Part shown: one piece after another, positions 1 to 8,463 of the stretch | Layout: every line of letters starts with the position of its first letter | How positions within the stretch are numbered: position 1 is the stretch's first letter | From: an archaeon | Lineage (GTDB): Archaea > Nanobdellota > Nanobdellia > Woesearchaeales > UBA9642 | Assembly (NCBI GenBank): GCA_043806035.1 | Contig: JAZDHK010000001.1 | Coordinates: 70,138-134,137, forward strand | Direction: 5' to 3' | Length of the DNA stretch: 64,000 nt | Notes under the pieces: generated by a model | What the model was told of the DNA's origin: nothing | What the model saw: the letters and a program-made list of their open reading frames with translations, nothing else | Database searches by the model: none | Made by a program: the position numbers and the translations under genes

Positions 1-1097
1 ACATCAAGATCTTGTCTGATGAAGATGTCTCGCGCACTTAATGCCTCAACGTGCGGTCGCTTGTCAAGAGGATGTTTGAAGGGAATTCTCTTTTGGTAAA
101 TGCTGCCTTCAGCATGCATTCTGTCGACAGGGCAGCCGCCGCCGCAGCTCGGATATTCCACACACACCGTACATGCTTTGTCTAGAGGGAGGCTTCCTTT
201 GTAGGTAAATAGCTTAGTGAGTATGTCATCGAAAGAATCGGTGAAGATGCTGCCGAAACTGCCGTCATTTATCATGGTGCAGAATCGCACGTCTCCGTCT
301 AAGGTAACTACTGTATCGCTCTCTGGCGGCGTGCATCGGCTAGTGATAAAGAAATATTTTTGAGGATCTTTGATGAGACAGAGCGTATATGGTCGTACAG
401 AGAATACACTCATGCCGTGCCGTTCATGCAATAGGAGCAGCTGGTCCATGACCTCAAGAATCTCTTTGGGCTGTAGTGCAAAGGCATTCTGCTCGTGTGA
501 CGTCGGTGTTATGGGAGAAGCGCCAAAGTTATTTACTCCACACTCTTTGTGCAGGAATTCTCCCGTCGTGTACACCTGGTTTTTGTTTTGTTGCACTGCT
601 ACCATGTTCACTTCTAATTTCAACGGCGATGCGACAATGTGAGGAAGGAGTGCAGTGAGCGCAGCGTATTCTTGTGCAGTCGCTCCCATGATGCTTGTGA
701 AGGTTACGGGATCTGAAGACGCATAGGATGCAAGAATGGATTCTAACCCGGCATCCGCGAATGCAGAAATATCTTCTTGCGTGACGTGCTTTAAATTGGT
801 ATTGAGTGATGGCTTGAGATTGTTCTTTCTTGCTTCGCGTATGCCGAAGAGGAGCAATTCTTTTTGTAGTGTGGGCTCTCCTCCAGTATACGTCACTTCT
901 TTAAAACCTATGCTGTGAAATCGTTCTAGAATTTTTCGCAAGTTCTCTTTTTTCGTCTCGAGTGATGTTAAAAGCATCCATTTCTGATAGGGAGTCAATT
1001 CCTTCCGTGGCGCATTGCGCTCAACATTGAAACAATAAATACATGCATTAGAACATTCTGGCGTAAGTTCTATCTTTGCAAGGTATGGTTTTAGCAT
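1..1097 (-). CDS. Radical SAM protein with SPASM domain (runs off the left edge; absent from the ORF track)
   Basis: Partial manual translation from ATG at 1097: MLKPYLAKIELTPECSNACIYC (CxxxCxxC), TYTGGEP, and a C-terminal CTVCVEYPSCGGGCP SPASM cluster; GGTGG SD-like site upstream. Confidence 0.85.
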   Translation of the reverse strand, partial: MLKPYLAKIELTPECSNACIYCFNVERNAPRKELTPYQKWMLLTSLETKKENLRKILERFHSIGFKEVTYTGGEPTLQKELLLFGIREARKNNLKPSLNTNLKHVTQEDISAFADAGLESILASYASSDPVTFTSIMGATAQEYAALTALLPHIVASPLKLEVNMVAVQQNKNQVYTTGEFLHKECGVNNFGASPITPTSHEQNAFALQPKEILEVMDQLLLLHERHGMSVFSVRPYTLCLIKDPQKYFFITSRCTPPESDTVVTLDGDVRFCTMINDGSFGSIFTDSFDDILTKLFTYKGSLPLDKACTVCVEYPSCGGGCPVDRMHAEGSIYQKRIPFKHPLDKRPHVEALSARDIFIRQDLD

Positions 1098-1200
1098 ACT
1101 TTCCACCAACGTCCCCCACCAAAGAGAGAAATACTCTGCATTATATAAACGTTGTGTGTTGTTTTAAAAGAAGAACAGAACATCCAGTGGAGATGACTCG

Positions 1201-1803
1201 TCAGTGTACGATATTGACATACGTTCCCAAAGGAACCTGCTCGTACAGGTCGATGATGTCCTTGTTGCTTGCACGTATACACCCGTCGGAGTGCGGCTGT
1301 CCCAACGACCATTCAAGATTCGTGCCGTGAATGTAAATGCCTCTTTTTGCCGTTCCTTCGTTCTGTTCTTCCACACCGCAAATTTGTAGAAGCCTGGTGA
1401 TGACTACGGGCTTTGCTTTGTTTTTCTCTGTGTAGACAGGAACTGATTCGTCACAGAGCTTGGCCTTCCTGAGCACGCGTCCTACCGATGCATCATCTCC
1501 TGCTTTGGTGCAGATCATGTGAATGCCAGGAGGTGTTTTGTGACTGGCGACGCCATTACCGATCCCGTTTCTGCCCGTCGAGACCTGCACTTCTTTGTCG
1601 ATAATGATGCTGTCCTGTTCTGCATGGACGAGATACAATTTTTGTTCCTTGCCAAGGATGATGATTGCAGGATCGCCTTCAGGTATGGAAACTGCTGCAT
1701 CGATGGTTGTATACGCTGCCTTGATGCGAGCATAGGCTGTTTCTTGTCCTGACAGCTTTCCTGGATAGAGCATGAGTGCAGCAAGGAGCAGTTCACGAAG
1801 CAT
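1201..1803 (-). CDS. Secreted YkuD-family L,D-transpeptidase-like protein
   Basis: N-terminal hydrophobic signal; VSTG, KTPPG and catalytic IHGT...HSDGCIR motifs. Confidence 0.85.
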   Translation of the reverse strand: MLRELLLAALMLYPGKLSGQETAYARIKAAYTTIDAAVSIPEGDPAIIILGKEQKLYLVHAEQDSIIIDKEVQVSTGRNGIGNGVASHKTPPGIHMICTKAGDDASVGRVLRKAKLCDESVPVYTEKNKAKPVVITRLLQICGVEEQNEGTAKRGIYIHGTNLEWSLGQPHSDGCIRASNKDIIDLYEQVPLGTYVNIVH

Positions 1804-1934
1804 GCGTGCATGAACTGCTTTCTCCTTTTAAATTTGTTGCTCTCTCTTTTTTGCTTGTCTGTGTTTTGTCGGCAATCTCTCATGACTGCTTATAGCAAGG
1901 TTTAAATATCACTCTGCGATAACAACAAACAGAG

Positions 1935-3038
1935 GTGAGGGGGGATGGTGTGGAGGATTTGCATAGCGCCTACGTGCTCCTGATTAAGGCAAAATCTCCC
2001 GAAGACATTTTCGGGACGCTCGCAGAAAAAAACGATCAGGAAAAGAAGGATGCGCTTAAAGACCGTTATCGTGATTTAGCCATGCGTGTGCATCCAGACA
2101 GGTATGCCAAGGATCCAAAAAGCCTTCACGAAGCGGAAGAGGCAATCAAAGCACTCAACGACCTGCATGCCTGGGCCGAACAGGCGATCGATGCAGGCAC
2201 GTACGGAACGAGACAACGACCTCCTTCCCCTAACAATGTCATCGCAACGTTCGAGCATAACGGCGATCTCTATCGCCTCTTCTCTAACAGCATAGAAGGT
2301 GATTTCGGCATCATTTCATTCGGAGAACGCATCCGCAACGGTGACGTTGAAGACATCTGCCTCAAGACGGCAAAAGAACAAGAAGACAATGATTTGCTGA
2401 AAAACGAACAGCGCATCCTCAAAGAAATCCAGCACAAATCACTGCCTCTCTATCTCGATGCCATCCTCCTCGAAGATGGAACTCCCGCAACGGTGCTGCG
2501 AAAGATAAGCAACAGCTATGACCTCCTGACGGTCAAGGAGCACTTCCCGCAAGGACTGCCCCAAGAGCATGCCGTGTGGGTGCTTGATAGGTTGCTGAGC
2601 GTTCTTGGATACTTGCACATCAACAATACCATCCACGGGGCAATAGAGCCAGGCAACATCATGATCACGCCGTACAACCATAATGGTTTGCTTATCGACT
2701 ACTTGCTTGCCGTCCCTGACGCGCACACAGCTGGTGCAGCCTACAAAGGGCTGAACGAGTACAGCGCACCAGAACTCACGAAACGAGCACGGCCACATCC
2801 CGCAGCAGACATGTACGCTCTGGGAAAAACAATGGTGTTCTTGCTCGGCGGGCAAGACACCGACCTGCCAGACCAGGTTAATCCGCACATTCAATCGTTC
2901 ATCAAAAAATTCCTAGTCAAAGATCCTGCGCGACGAGAAAGTGATGCGTGGCAGGCATGGCATGAACTCAAAAATCTCAGGCAAGAGGTTTTCGGAGCGC
3001 CAAGCCAATTTTTGACATTAACTATAGGAGGGAGATAA
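1935..3038 (+). CDS. J-domain (HPD) fused to an atypical Ser/Thr kinase-like domain
   Basis: RYRDLAMRVHPDRY J-domain motif; kinase motifs ICLK, HGAIEPGN (catalytic Asp replaced), LIDY, YSAPE, DMYALG; start uncertain. Confidence 0.8.
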   Translation: MRGDGVEDLHSAYVLLIKAKSPEDIFGTLAEKNDQEKKDALKDRYRDLAMRVHPDRYAKDPKSLHEAEEAIKALNDLHAWAEQAIDAGTYGTRQRPPSPNNVIATFEHNGDLYRLFSNSIEGDFGIISFGERIRNGDVEDICLKTAKEQEDNDLLKNEQRILKEIQHKSLPLYLDAILLEDGTPATVLRKISNSYDLLTVKEHFPQGLPQEHAVWVLDRLLSVLGYLHINNTIHGAIEPGNIMITPYNHNGLLIDYLLAVPDAHTAGAAYKGLNEYSAPELTKRARPHPAADMYALGKTMVFLLGGQDTDLPDQVNPHIQSFIKKFLVKDPARRESDAWQAWHELKNLRQEVFGAPSQFLTLTIGGR

Positions 3039-4012
3039 TGGGTGGATCGAGCTATGATCGGGACGTTGGCAGATCGTCATCGTCAGGAAGTTTTTGCAGA
3101 GGCAGCACATCGAGCAATACGGCAAAGTCAGCAATGAGCAGCAGCACGGCAACAAAAGACACAGATCCGAAGTTCAAGCGGGTTGAGTCAAAGAAAAAAA
3201 GCCCCATCGTCTTTGCCTTGGACGTTACGGGCTCGAACATAGAGTTTGCGCGCATCGTGTACGACAAAGCGCCGATGCTGCACGGCCAGATCGAGAAGCA
3301 AGGCTACCTGAAAGACTTTGACATCTGCTTTGCCGCAGTCGGTGATGCATACAGTGACCATTATCCCTTGCAAGTGTGCGACTTCAAGCACGGCATCGCT
3401 CTCGATGAACAGCTGAAGAAACTTTACTTGGAAGGAAACGGCGGGGGCCAGCAGACTGAGTCTTATGAAGTTGCAGCCCACTATTTCAGCGAGCGATGCT
3501 CCATGCCGAATGCGGAGATGCCGTTCTTTTTCTTCATCGGCGATGAAGCACCATACCCTTCACTTGATGCGGCTATTGCTAAGAAGACATTAGGCTTGAA
3601 TTTGAAGCAGGACATCCCTTCAAAAGAAGTCTTTGACAGCCTGTTCGAGAAGTTCAAGAACAACGTGTACTTCCTGCAGAACCCCTATTGTGGTAGGAGG
3701 TCTGAAGATGGCTACACGAGAAGCATCCGTACTGCATGGCAGACCTTCTTTAACCCATATGTGCAAAACATCCTTCCCGTGCATGAAGAGAAAGCAGTTA
3801 TCGATATTATCTTGGGGGCTATCGCCATAACTTCCAAGAGCAGAGATCTCGAAGCATACTTGAAGGATATGCAGGACAGGGAACAGACGGCAAAACGCAT
3901 AGCTACCGTTGGCAAAAGTCTCACTGACTTAAGCAAGGCACTGGTTCCTGTCTCGCACGCAAAGCCCACAGTAGCGAAAAGCAAGAAGAATAGTGGAGGC
4001 AAGAGGTTCTGA
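3038..4012 (+). CDS. vWA-domain protein
   Basis: MIDAS-like DVTGS, GGGQQTESYE, FFIGDE; Ser/Gly-rich N-terminus; TAATG overlap with upstream gene. Confidence 0.8.
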   Translation: MGGSSYDRDVGRSSSSGSFCRGSTSSNTAKSAMSSSTATKDTDPKFKRVESKKKSPIVFALDVTGSNIEFARIVYDKAPMLHGQIEKQGYLKDFDICFAAVGDAYSDHYPLQVCDFKHGIALDEQLKKLYLEGNGGGQQTESYEVAAHYFSERCSMPNAEMPFFFFIGDEAPYPSLDAAIAKKTLGLNLKQDIPSKEVFDSLFEKFKNNVYFLQNPYCGRRSEDGYTRSIRTAWQTFFNPYVQNILPVHEEKAVIDIILGAIAITSKSRDLEAYLKDMQDREQTAKRIATVGKSLTDLSKALVPVSHAKPTVAKSKKNSGGKRF

Positions 4013-4926
4013 TGCTCATAGCAACCCTTCCTTCAGCAAGCAAGACGAGCCTCATCGAGAGGATGTATAGTCATCCTCTCCTTGACGGTGCGCGATACAA
4101 TGTGGGCATGCGTGAAACGCATTCAACGGAGGAAATCGTGCAGCATCTGAAAGAAATTGCTGAGCAGCACAAGAAGAAACTCTGGATGGATCTCAAAGGC
4201 AGGCAATTGCGCATCACCAAATGGGCAGACCCCACGTACGGGGATATTGAGCTAAGCCACGAAATTGCTGTCGACCTTCCCGCAACCATCGTCTTCAGGG
4301 GCAGCGACCAATCACGTATCGTCAGCATCGCAGAGAACAGGATTGTCGTCGATCCCGACCCAAAATACGCGCTCGGCGCGGGACAGGCAGTGAACATCCT
4401 TGGCAAGAATTTTTCTATCAAGGGCAGCTATCTTACCGAGCATGACAAGCACTTCATCCTCGCGGCAAAGAAAGAAGGCATCCATGACTACATGCTTTCC
4501 TTCGTCGAACGCAACGAGGACATTGCTGAAGTACTTGCGTTGGACCCTGAAGCGCGGTGCGTGCTGAAGATAGAAAGCCTACCGGGACTTGCGTATGTTA
4601 GGGAAAAGTACACATTTGCTGATGGTCAGCTCATGGCAGCCAGAGATGATCTGCTCGTGCACATCGGCGAGAACAAATCAGCAATGCTTCCCGCACTCGA
4701 CCTCATCATCCGCAAGGATCCTGAGGCGATTGCAGCATCGCAACTCTTCACGTCACTATTGGAAGGAAGATTGTCCATGCCTGACGTTGCGGACGTCAAG
4801 CTCTTGCACGAAATGAGATACAAGCACTTCATGCTGAGCGATGAAGTCTCCCACAAATGCTTTACTGAAGCAATGACTGCCTGGCAGGACTTCCAGAACG
4901 TCTATGCAAAGGTCCACCATGACTGA
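4012..4926 (+). CDS. Divergent pyruvate kinase-like protein (barrel and B domain, no C-terminal regulatory domain)
   Basis: DLKGRQLR, SFVE, LKIES, AARDDL, ASQLFTS and MLSDE align with PK motifs DLxGPKIR, SFV, KIE, VARGDL, ATQMLES and MLSGE; TGATG overlap. Confidence 0.75.
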   Translation: MLIATLPSASKTSLIERMYSHPLLDGARYNVGMRETHSTEEIVQHLKEIAEQHKKKLWMDLKGRQLRITKWADPTYGDIELSHEIAVDLPATIVFRGSDQSRIVSIAENRIVVDPDPKYALGAGQAVNILGKNFSIKGSYLTEHDKHFILAAKKEGIHDYMLSFVERNEDIAEVLALDPEARCVLKIESLPGLAYVREKYTFADGQLMAARDDLLVHIGENKSAMLPALDLIIRKDPEAIAASQLFTSLLEGRLSMPDVADVKLLHEMRYKHFMLSDEVSHKCFTEAMTAWQDFQNVYAKVHHD

Positions 4927-6202
4927 CGCATACGTCGTTGTAGGTCTGGGCTTTGGCGATGAGGGTAAAGGCAGTGTTGTTGATTATCTTGCTGCAGAGC
5001 ACAGTGCGGGATGCGTCGTGCGGTATAACGGCGGCCCGCAGGCAGCACACCATGTCATGCATGAAGGGAAGGTACATTGCTTCAGCCAGTTCGGGTCTGG
5101 GACGTTTGCAGGATCAAAAACTCACCTCTCGCAATACATGCTCGTCGAGCCCTTCGCGCTATTAGTAGAGGAAGAAGCACTACGCACGTTCAAAATCCCT
5201 TTTGATCTTCCTTCCTTGCACTCTGACTGTGCCATCATCACACCGTTCCAAAAATTGGCGGGACGGATGCGAGAACTCCTTCACCGATACAGTAGTTGCG
5301 GACTTGGCGTCGGAGAAGCTGTCAAGGACAAGGCAAACGGCATTGTCCTGCATGCAAAAGATCTTTTTGATGAAGCACTACTCCGGCACCAACTCACCTA
5401 CATTCGTCAAGTAAAACTTGACCAGGCAGAGCAGCTTCTTGAAGAAAAAAACACGCTGGCCGTTGCTACAGAACTCAACAAAACATACGCGAGCATGAGA
5501 ACGCTCTCACTTGACGAGCTCACGCGGCAGTATCAAGCATTCGCTGCTCGTGCAACTCTTTGCGATGCAATTCCCGACGACACGTTAATCTTCGAGGGAG
5601 CGCAAGGTGTGCTGCTCGACAGAACACACGGCTTTCCACCCTTTGTAACGAAAATGACGACCACTGCTGACCTTGCAAAGCGTTTGTCAACGAAGGAACA
5701 GATACGCATCGGCGTTTTGCGTGCCTACCTAACGAGACACGGCAACGGTCCTTTCCCGACAGAAGACGCAACACTTGGAGAATGCATTCCTGATTTGCAT
5801 AATGGCACACACCCCTGGCAAGGCACGTTCAGGATAGGCTGGCCTGACTTGGTACTGTTCCGTTACGCGCAGCAACTCGCCAAGGTAGATGTCCTTGCAC
5901 TAACCAATATCGACCGCCTGCCAGAGAAGATACGTGTGTGCAACGCCTATGTGTATTCGGGAAAGGAAAGCCTTGCAGGATACATGGAAGGAGAGAAGCA
6001 AGGCGGGAGCATGATTATCCATACACTCCTTCCGCAGCCGGAAACGAGAAGGCAAGAGCAGCTCACGAAATTACTGTTCCAGTGTGAACCGGTATATACC
6101 TCGCTTTCTGTCGACGACTATCTTGCGCAGCTCGACCAGCTATGCCCAATTAGCATCATCTCGACAGGACCTGAACGAAAAGACAAATGTAGGTATGCAT
6201 AG
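4919..6202 (+). CDS. Divergent adenylosuccinate synthetase (PurA)-like protein
   Basis: GDEGKG, GGPQAAH, EGAQGVLLD, YLTRHGNGPFPTE and STGP motifs; Asp-binding TTGRxR loop absent. Confidence 0.85.
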   Translation: MTDAYVVVGLGFGDEGKGSVVDYLAAEHSAGCVVRYNGGPQAAHHVMHEGKVHCFSQFGSGTFAGSKTHLSQYMLVEPFALLVEEEALRTFKIPFDLPSLHSDCAIITPFQKLAGRMRELLHRYSSCGLGVGEAVKDKANGIVLHAKDLFDEALLRHQLTYIRQVKLDQAEQLLEEKNTLAVATELNKTYASMRTLSLDELTRQYQAFAARATLCDAIPDDTLIFEGAQGVLLDRTHGFPPFVTKMTTTADLAKRLSTKEQIRIGVLRAYLTRHGNGPFPTEDATLGECIPDLHNGTHPWQGTFRIGWPDLVLFRYAQQLAKVDVLALTNIDRLPEKIRVCNAYVYSGKESLAGYMEGEKQGGSMIIHTLLPQPETRRQEQLTKLLFQCEPVYTSLSVDDYLAQLDQLCPISIISTGPERKDKCRYA

Positions 6203-6252
6203 CCCCGCCCGGGGGCTGAGGGTACCGCCTATCTGAAGGGACTCGATAATTG

Positions 6253-6990
6253 CTATTTATCCGTTTTGTGAGATTTCTGCCAAAGCTGATCGAAGATTTG
6301 TCGCATGACGTTGCTGAATTCTACATCTTGGACTATGACACCGTGAGGATCCGTGTAGTTGACGAAACCCACTTTGTCATGATAGATGAAGGTGGAACTA
6401 TCGATGAACGCTGTTCCTGGCAAGGTGCGTACTTCTGAATTGGTCGCTTTGTCGCTCTTCGCAAATGCCTTCTCTGAAGGCACATCGGAGAGCAAGGTGC
6501 GAGAGAAGACCTTGTTTTCTTTTTTCTTGCGATAGTAAATGGAGATGTATGGCTGGGAGAATTCGAGCCACTTTTGACCGCCTCCTAGGATGCGGATGTC
6601 CTCGTTCGGCTTAGCTATGATGTCGTTGTGGACGACCTCTATTGCGCGTCTACCTTCATAGAATTCGACGTTCCTAGCGGGCTGTTGCATCATGGTGAGC
6701 TTGTTGAGTTCTGGGATAATGAGTGCGAGCCGGTCTCGTTTCTGCTCCATGAGATTGAGAAGATCTTGGGGCTGCAAGGCTTGGAACGTTTTCTCTCCTT
6801 TTCGTTGGGTTTTGGACACTAGGCCCTTGCTCATGAGTGAGTCGAGGATGCTGTAGACGGTGGTCCTGATGATGCCTGTTCTCTGAGCAATTTCTTTGAC
6901 GGTGCTGCCTTCTTTCTTGAGGCATTCGAGGAAGACGGTGACCTCGCTGTCGTACAAACCGAGCTCCTGTAGGGCGCTGAAGTCATTCAT
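6253..6990 (-). CDS. TrmB-family transcriptional regulator
   Basis: LQELGL...E..VF, EIAQRTGIIRTTVYSILDSLMSKGLV HTH, VEFYEG linker, C-terminal effector domain ending FDQLW. Confidence 0.85.
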   Translation of the reverse strand: MNDFSALQELGLYDSEVTVFLECLKKEGSTVKEIAQRTGIIRTTVYSILDSLMSKGLVSKTQRKGEKTFQALQPQDLLNLMEQKRDRLALIIPELNKLTMMQQPARNVEFYEGRRAIEVVHNDIIAKPNEDIRILGGGQKWLEFSQPYISIYYRKKKENKVFSRTLLSDVPSEKAFAKSDKATNSEVRTLPGTAFIDSSTFIYHDKVGFVNYTDPHGVIVQDVEFSNVMRQIFDQLWQKSHKTDK

Positions 6991-7055
6991 GGCGTTTTCT
7001 AGGGGCATCCCTTTATATATTTGACGAAAATCGACGAATAATATTTATATATTTT

Positions 7056-7073
7056 AACTACTATTAAGTATTA
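7056..7073. promoter_or_regulatory. Copy of recurring 18-bp palindrome (consensus about AACYACT-N4-AGTRGTT)
   Basis: AACTACT-ATTA-AGTATTA between the divergent trmB-like gene and the 7094 gene. Confidence 0.5.
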
Positions 7074-7093
7074 ACAAAAAGAGGTGATTCAAA

Positions 7094-8020
7094 ATGACTG
7101 CATACGAAACGATGAAATCAAGATTGCAGAACACAGTATCGTACTTGATGACTAAGCAGGAAAGTTCAATTACATACGACCAGAAACGTGTCGAAGAGCA
7201 ACGCACTAGACTAAAAAGGTCTATTCATGAGGGTATTTTGCCTTTGCCTTCAATAGGTGCCGCTCTTGAACTACGTAGAAATAAGAATGTGATGTCAGAA
7301 GACGTGCGGTATAAGGAACAGCTTGAAGGTTTGCTGCATGATATCGCCGCTGCAAGCACAGAAGAGGAACTGCGTGCCAAGATACAGAGTGGCACTCCCG
7401 CTCTGAAAGAGTATCAGTCTAGAACGCTGGAAAGAAGTGTGCAACTCTATACGGAATTCGTACCGCGGTTGGAACGTATGACTGACGAAGAAATTGTCAA
7501 TTCAGATGAAGTCAAGTTCCTGAGTACTAATGGCGGTGGCAACAAGCTGTCATACGATGAGCATGAAACTGCCAGGTTTGAAGCACTGCATCCGGAAATT
7601 TCCGGCTTAGTGATGAGAAAACTGGGGGAGATTTACTTGCGTGATGCAAAAAGAGAGAAAAGAACGGCAACAAGCCTCATGTACATGTTACCGAAAGGTA
7701 AATGCAGACCAGGTTGGGGTGCAGTGGAAGATCCTTACCCGTCAACAGTTGCAAGTGATGCTCTGAATGCGATAAAAAGTATCGGAAAGACACTAGGATT
7801 TGATACTACCAACGTTTATGCAGCTGCAGGAATGAACAGCGAAGAGGTCGAACAATTAGAGCGAAAAGACGCAGACCAAAGAAAACAATGGTTCGACAAC
7901 TGTGTGGCAATGGGAATTAATCCTCACGAATTAAGAGAGCAGGAGTTCAGCCGTGAGCCAAAAATGTCCACAAGAATCCTGCGCACGCTTTACGACACGA
8001 GACTCTTGGAGAAGCGTTAA
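7094..8020 (+). CDS. Hypothetical protein (helical, charged)
   Basis: 308-aa ORF with GAGGTGA SD, upstream TATA and T-rich tract after the stop. Confidence 0.75.
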   Translation: MTAYETMKSRLQNTVSYLMTKQESSITYDQKRVEEQRTRLKRSIHEGILPLPSIGAALELRRNKNVMSEDVRYKEQLEGLLHDIAAASTEEELRAKIQSGTPALKEYQSRTLERSVQLYTEFVPRLERMTDEEIVNSDEVKFLSTNGGGNKLSYDEHETARFEALHPEISGLVMRKLGEIYLRDAKREKRTATSLMYMLPKGKCRPGWGAVEDPYPSTVASDALNAIKSIGKTLGFDTTNVYAAAGMNSEEVEQLERKDADQRKQWFDNCVAMGINPHELREQEFSREPKMSTRILRTLYDTRLLEKR

Positions 8021-8035
8021 TTTTTTCTTTTTTTA
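8021..8035 (+). terminator. Archaeal oligo-T terminator
   Basis: TTTTTTCTTTTTTT directly after the TAA. Confidence 0.5.
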
Positions 8036-8259
8036 ACTTCATTCAGCGAAGTCTACCAAACCATTCAACAAGTGATCACTCTCCTAGAAAAAGCCCTCAC
8101 AGAAAGTTCGAGTACTCTCAGATAGGCGCTACCCCAATAGCCCCGCCCGGACTTCTATTTAAACGAATCTAGGATTTCGATATGGAAAACAGCACGATAA
8201 CCGAAAGGTATATATAATAATTATATCCGTTATAATGAATATAATCAGAGGTGATACCA

Positions 8260-8463
8260 ATGAACACCACCATTGCTGTTTCAGAAGACATTCGAGATCA
8301 GATAAAGGAGTTCGGCATGAAAGGAGAAACCTACCAGGATATCCTTGCAAGGCTTTTGCGCAGCGCGAAAGAGCGACAATTACACGACATCCTCATGGAC
8401 ACCACAAATTGCATTCCTATAGAACAAGCGCTCGCAGAGGCAAGGAAAAAGTGGCCAAAGTAG
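8260..8463 (+). CDS. Putative antitoxin (RHH-like, archaeal type II TA)
   Basis: MNTTIAVSEDIRDQIKEFGMKGETYQDILARL pattern; GAGGTGA SD; overlaps the downstream toxin-like gene. Confidence 0.65.
   Translation: MNTTIAVSEDIRDQIKEFGMKGETYQDILARLLRSAKERQLHDILMDTTNCIPIEQALAEARKKWPK

Larger units (their letters stand above)
6199..8150. mobile_element. Putative non-autonomous inserted cassette bounded by 14-bp direct repeats and imperfect terminal inverted repeats
   Basis: ATAGCCCCGCCCGG at 6199-6212 and 8137-8150; 6220-6246 matches the reverse complement of 8108-8134 at 23/27. Confidence 0.55.

Noticed and set aside
8137-8230. tRNA-Gln gene on the minus strand ending in CGGGGCTA
   Set aside because: Only the last 13 nt resemble a tRNA; no T-loop, anticodon arm or 5' acceptor strand can be folded upstream.
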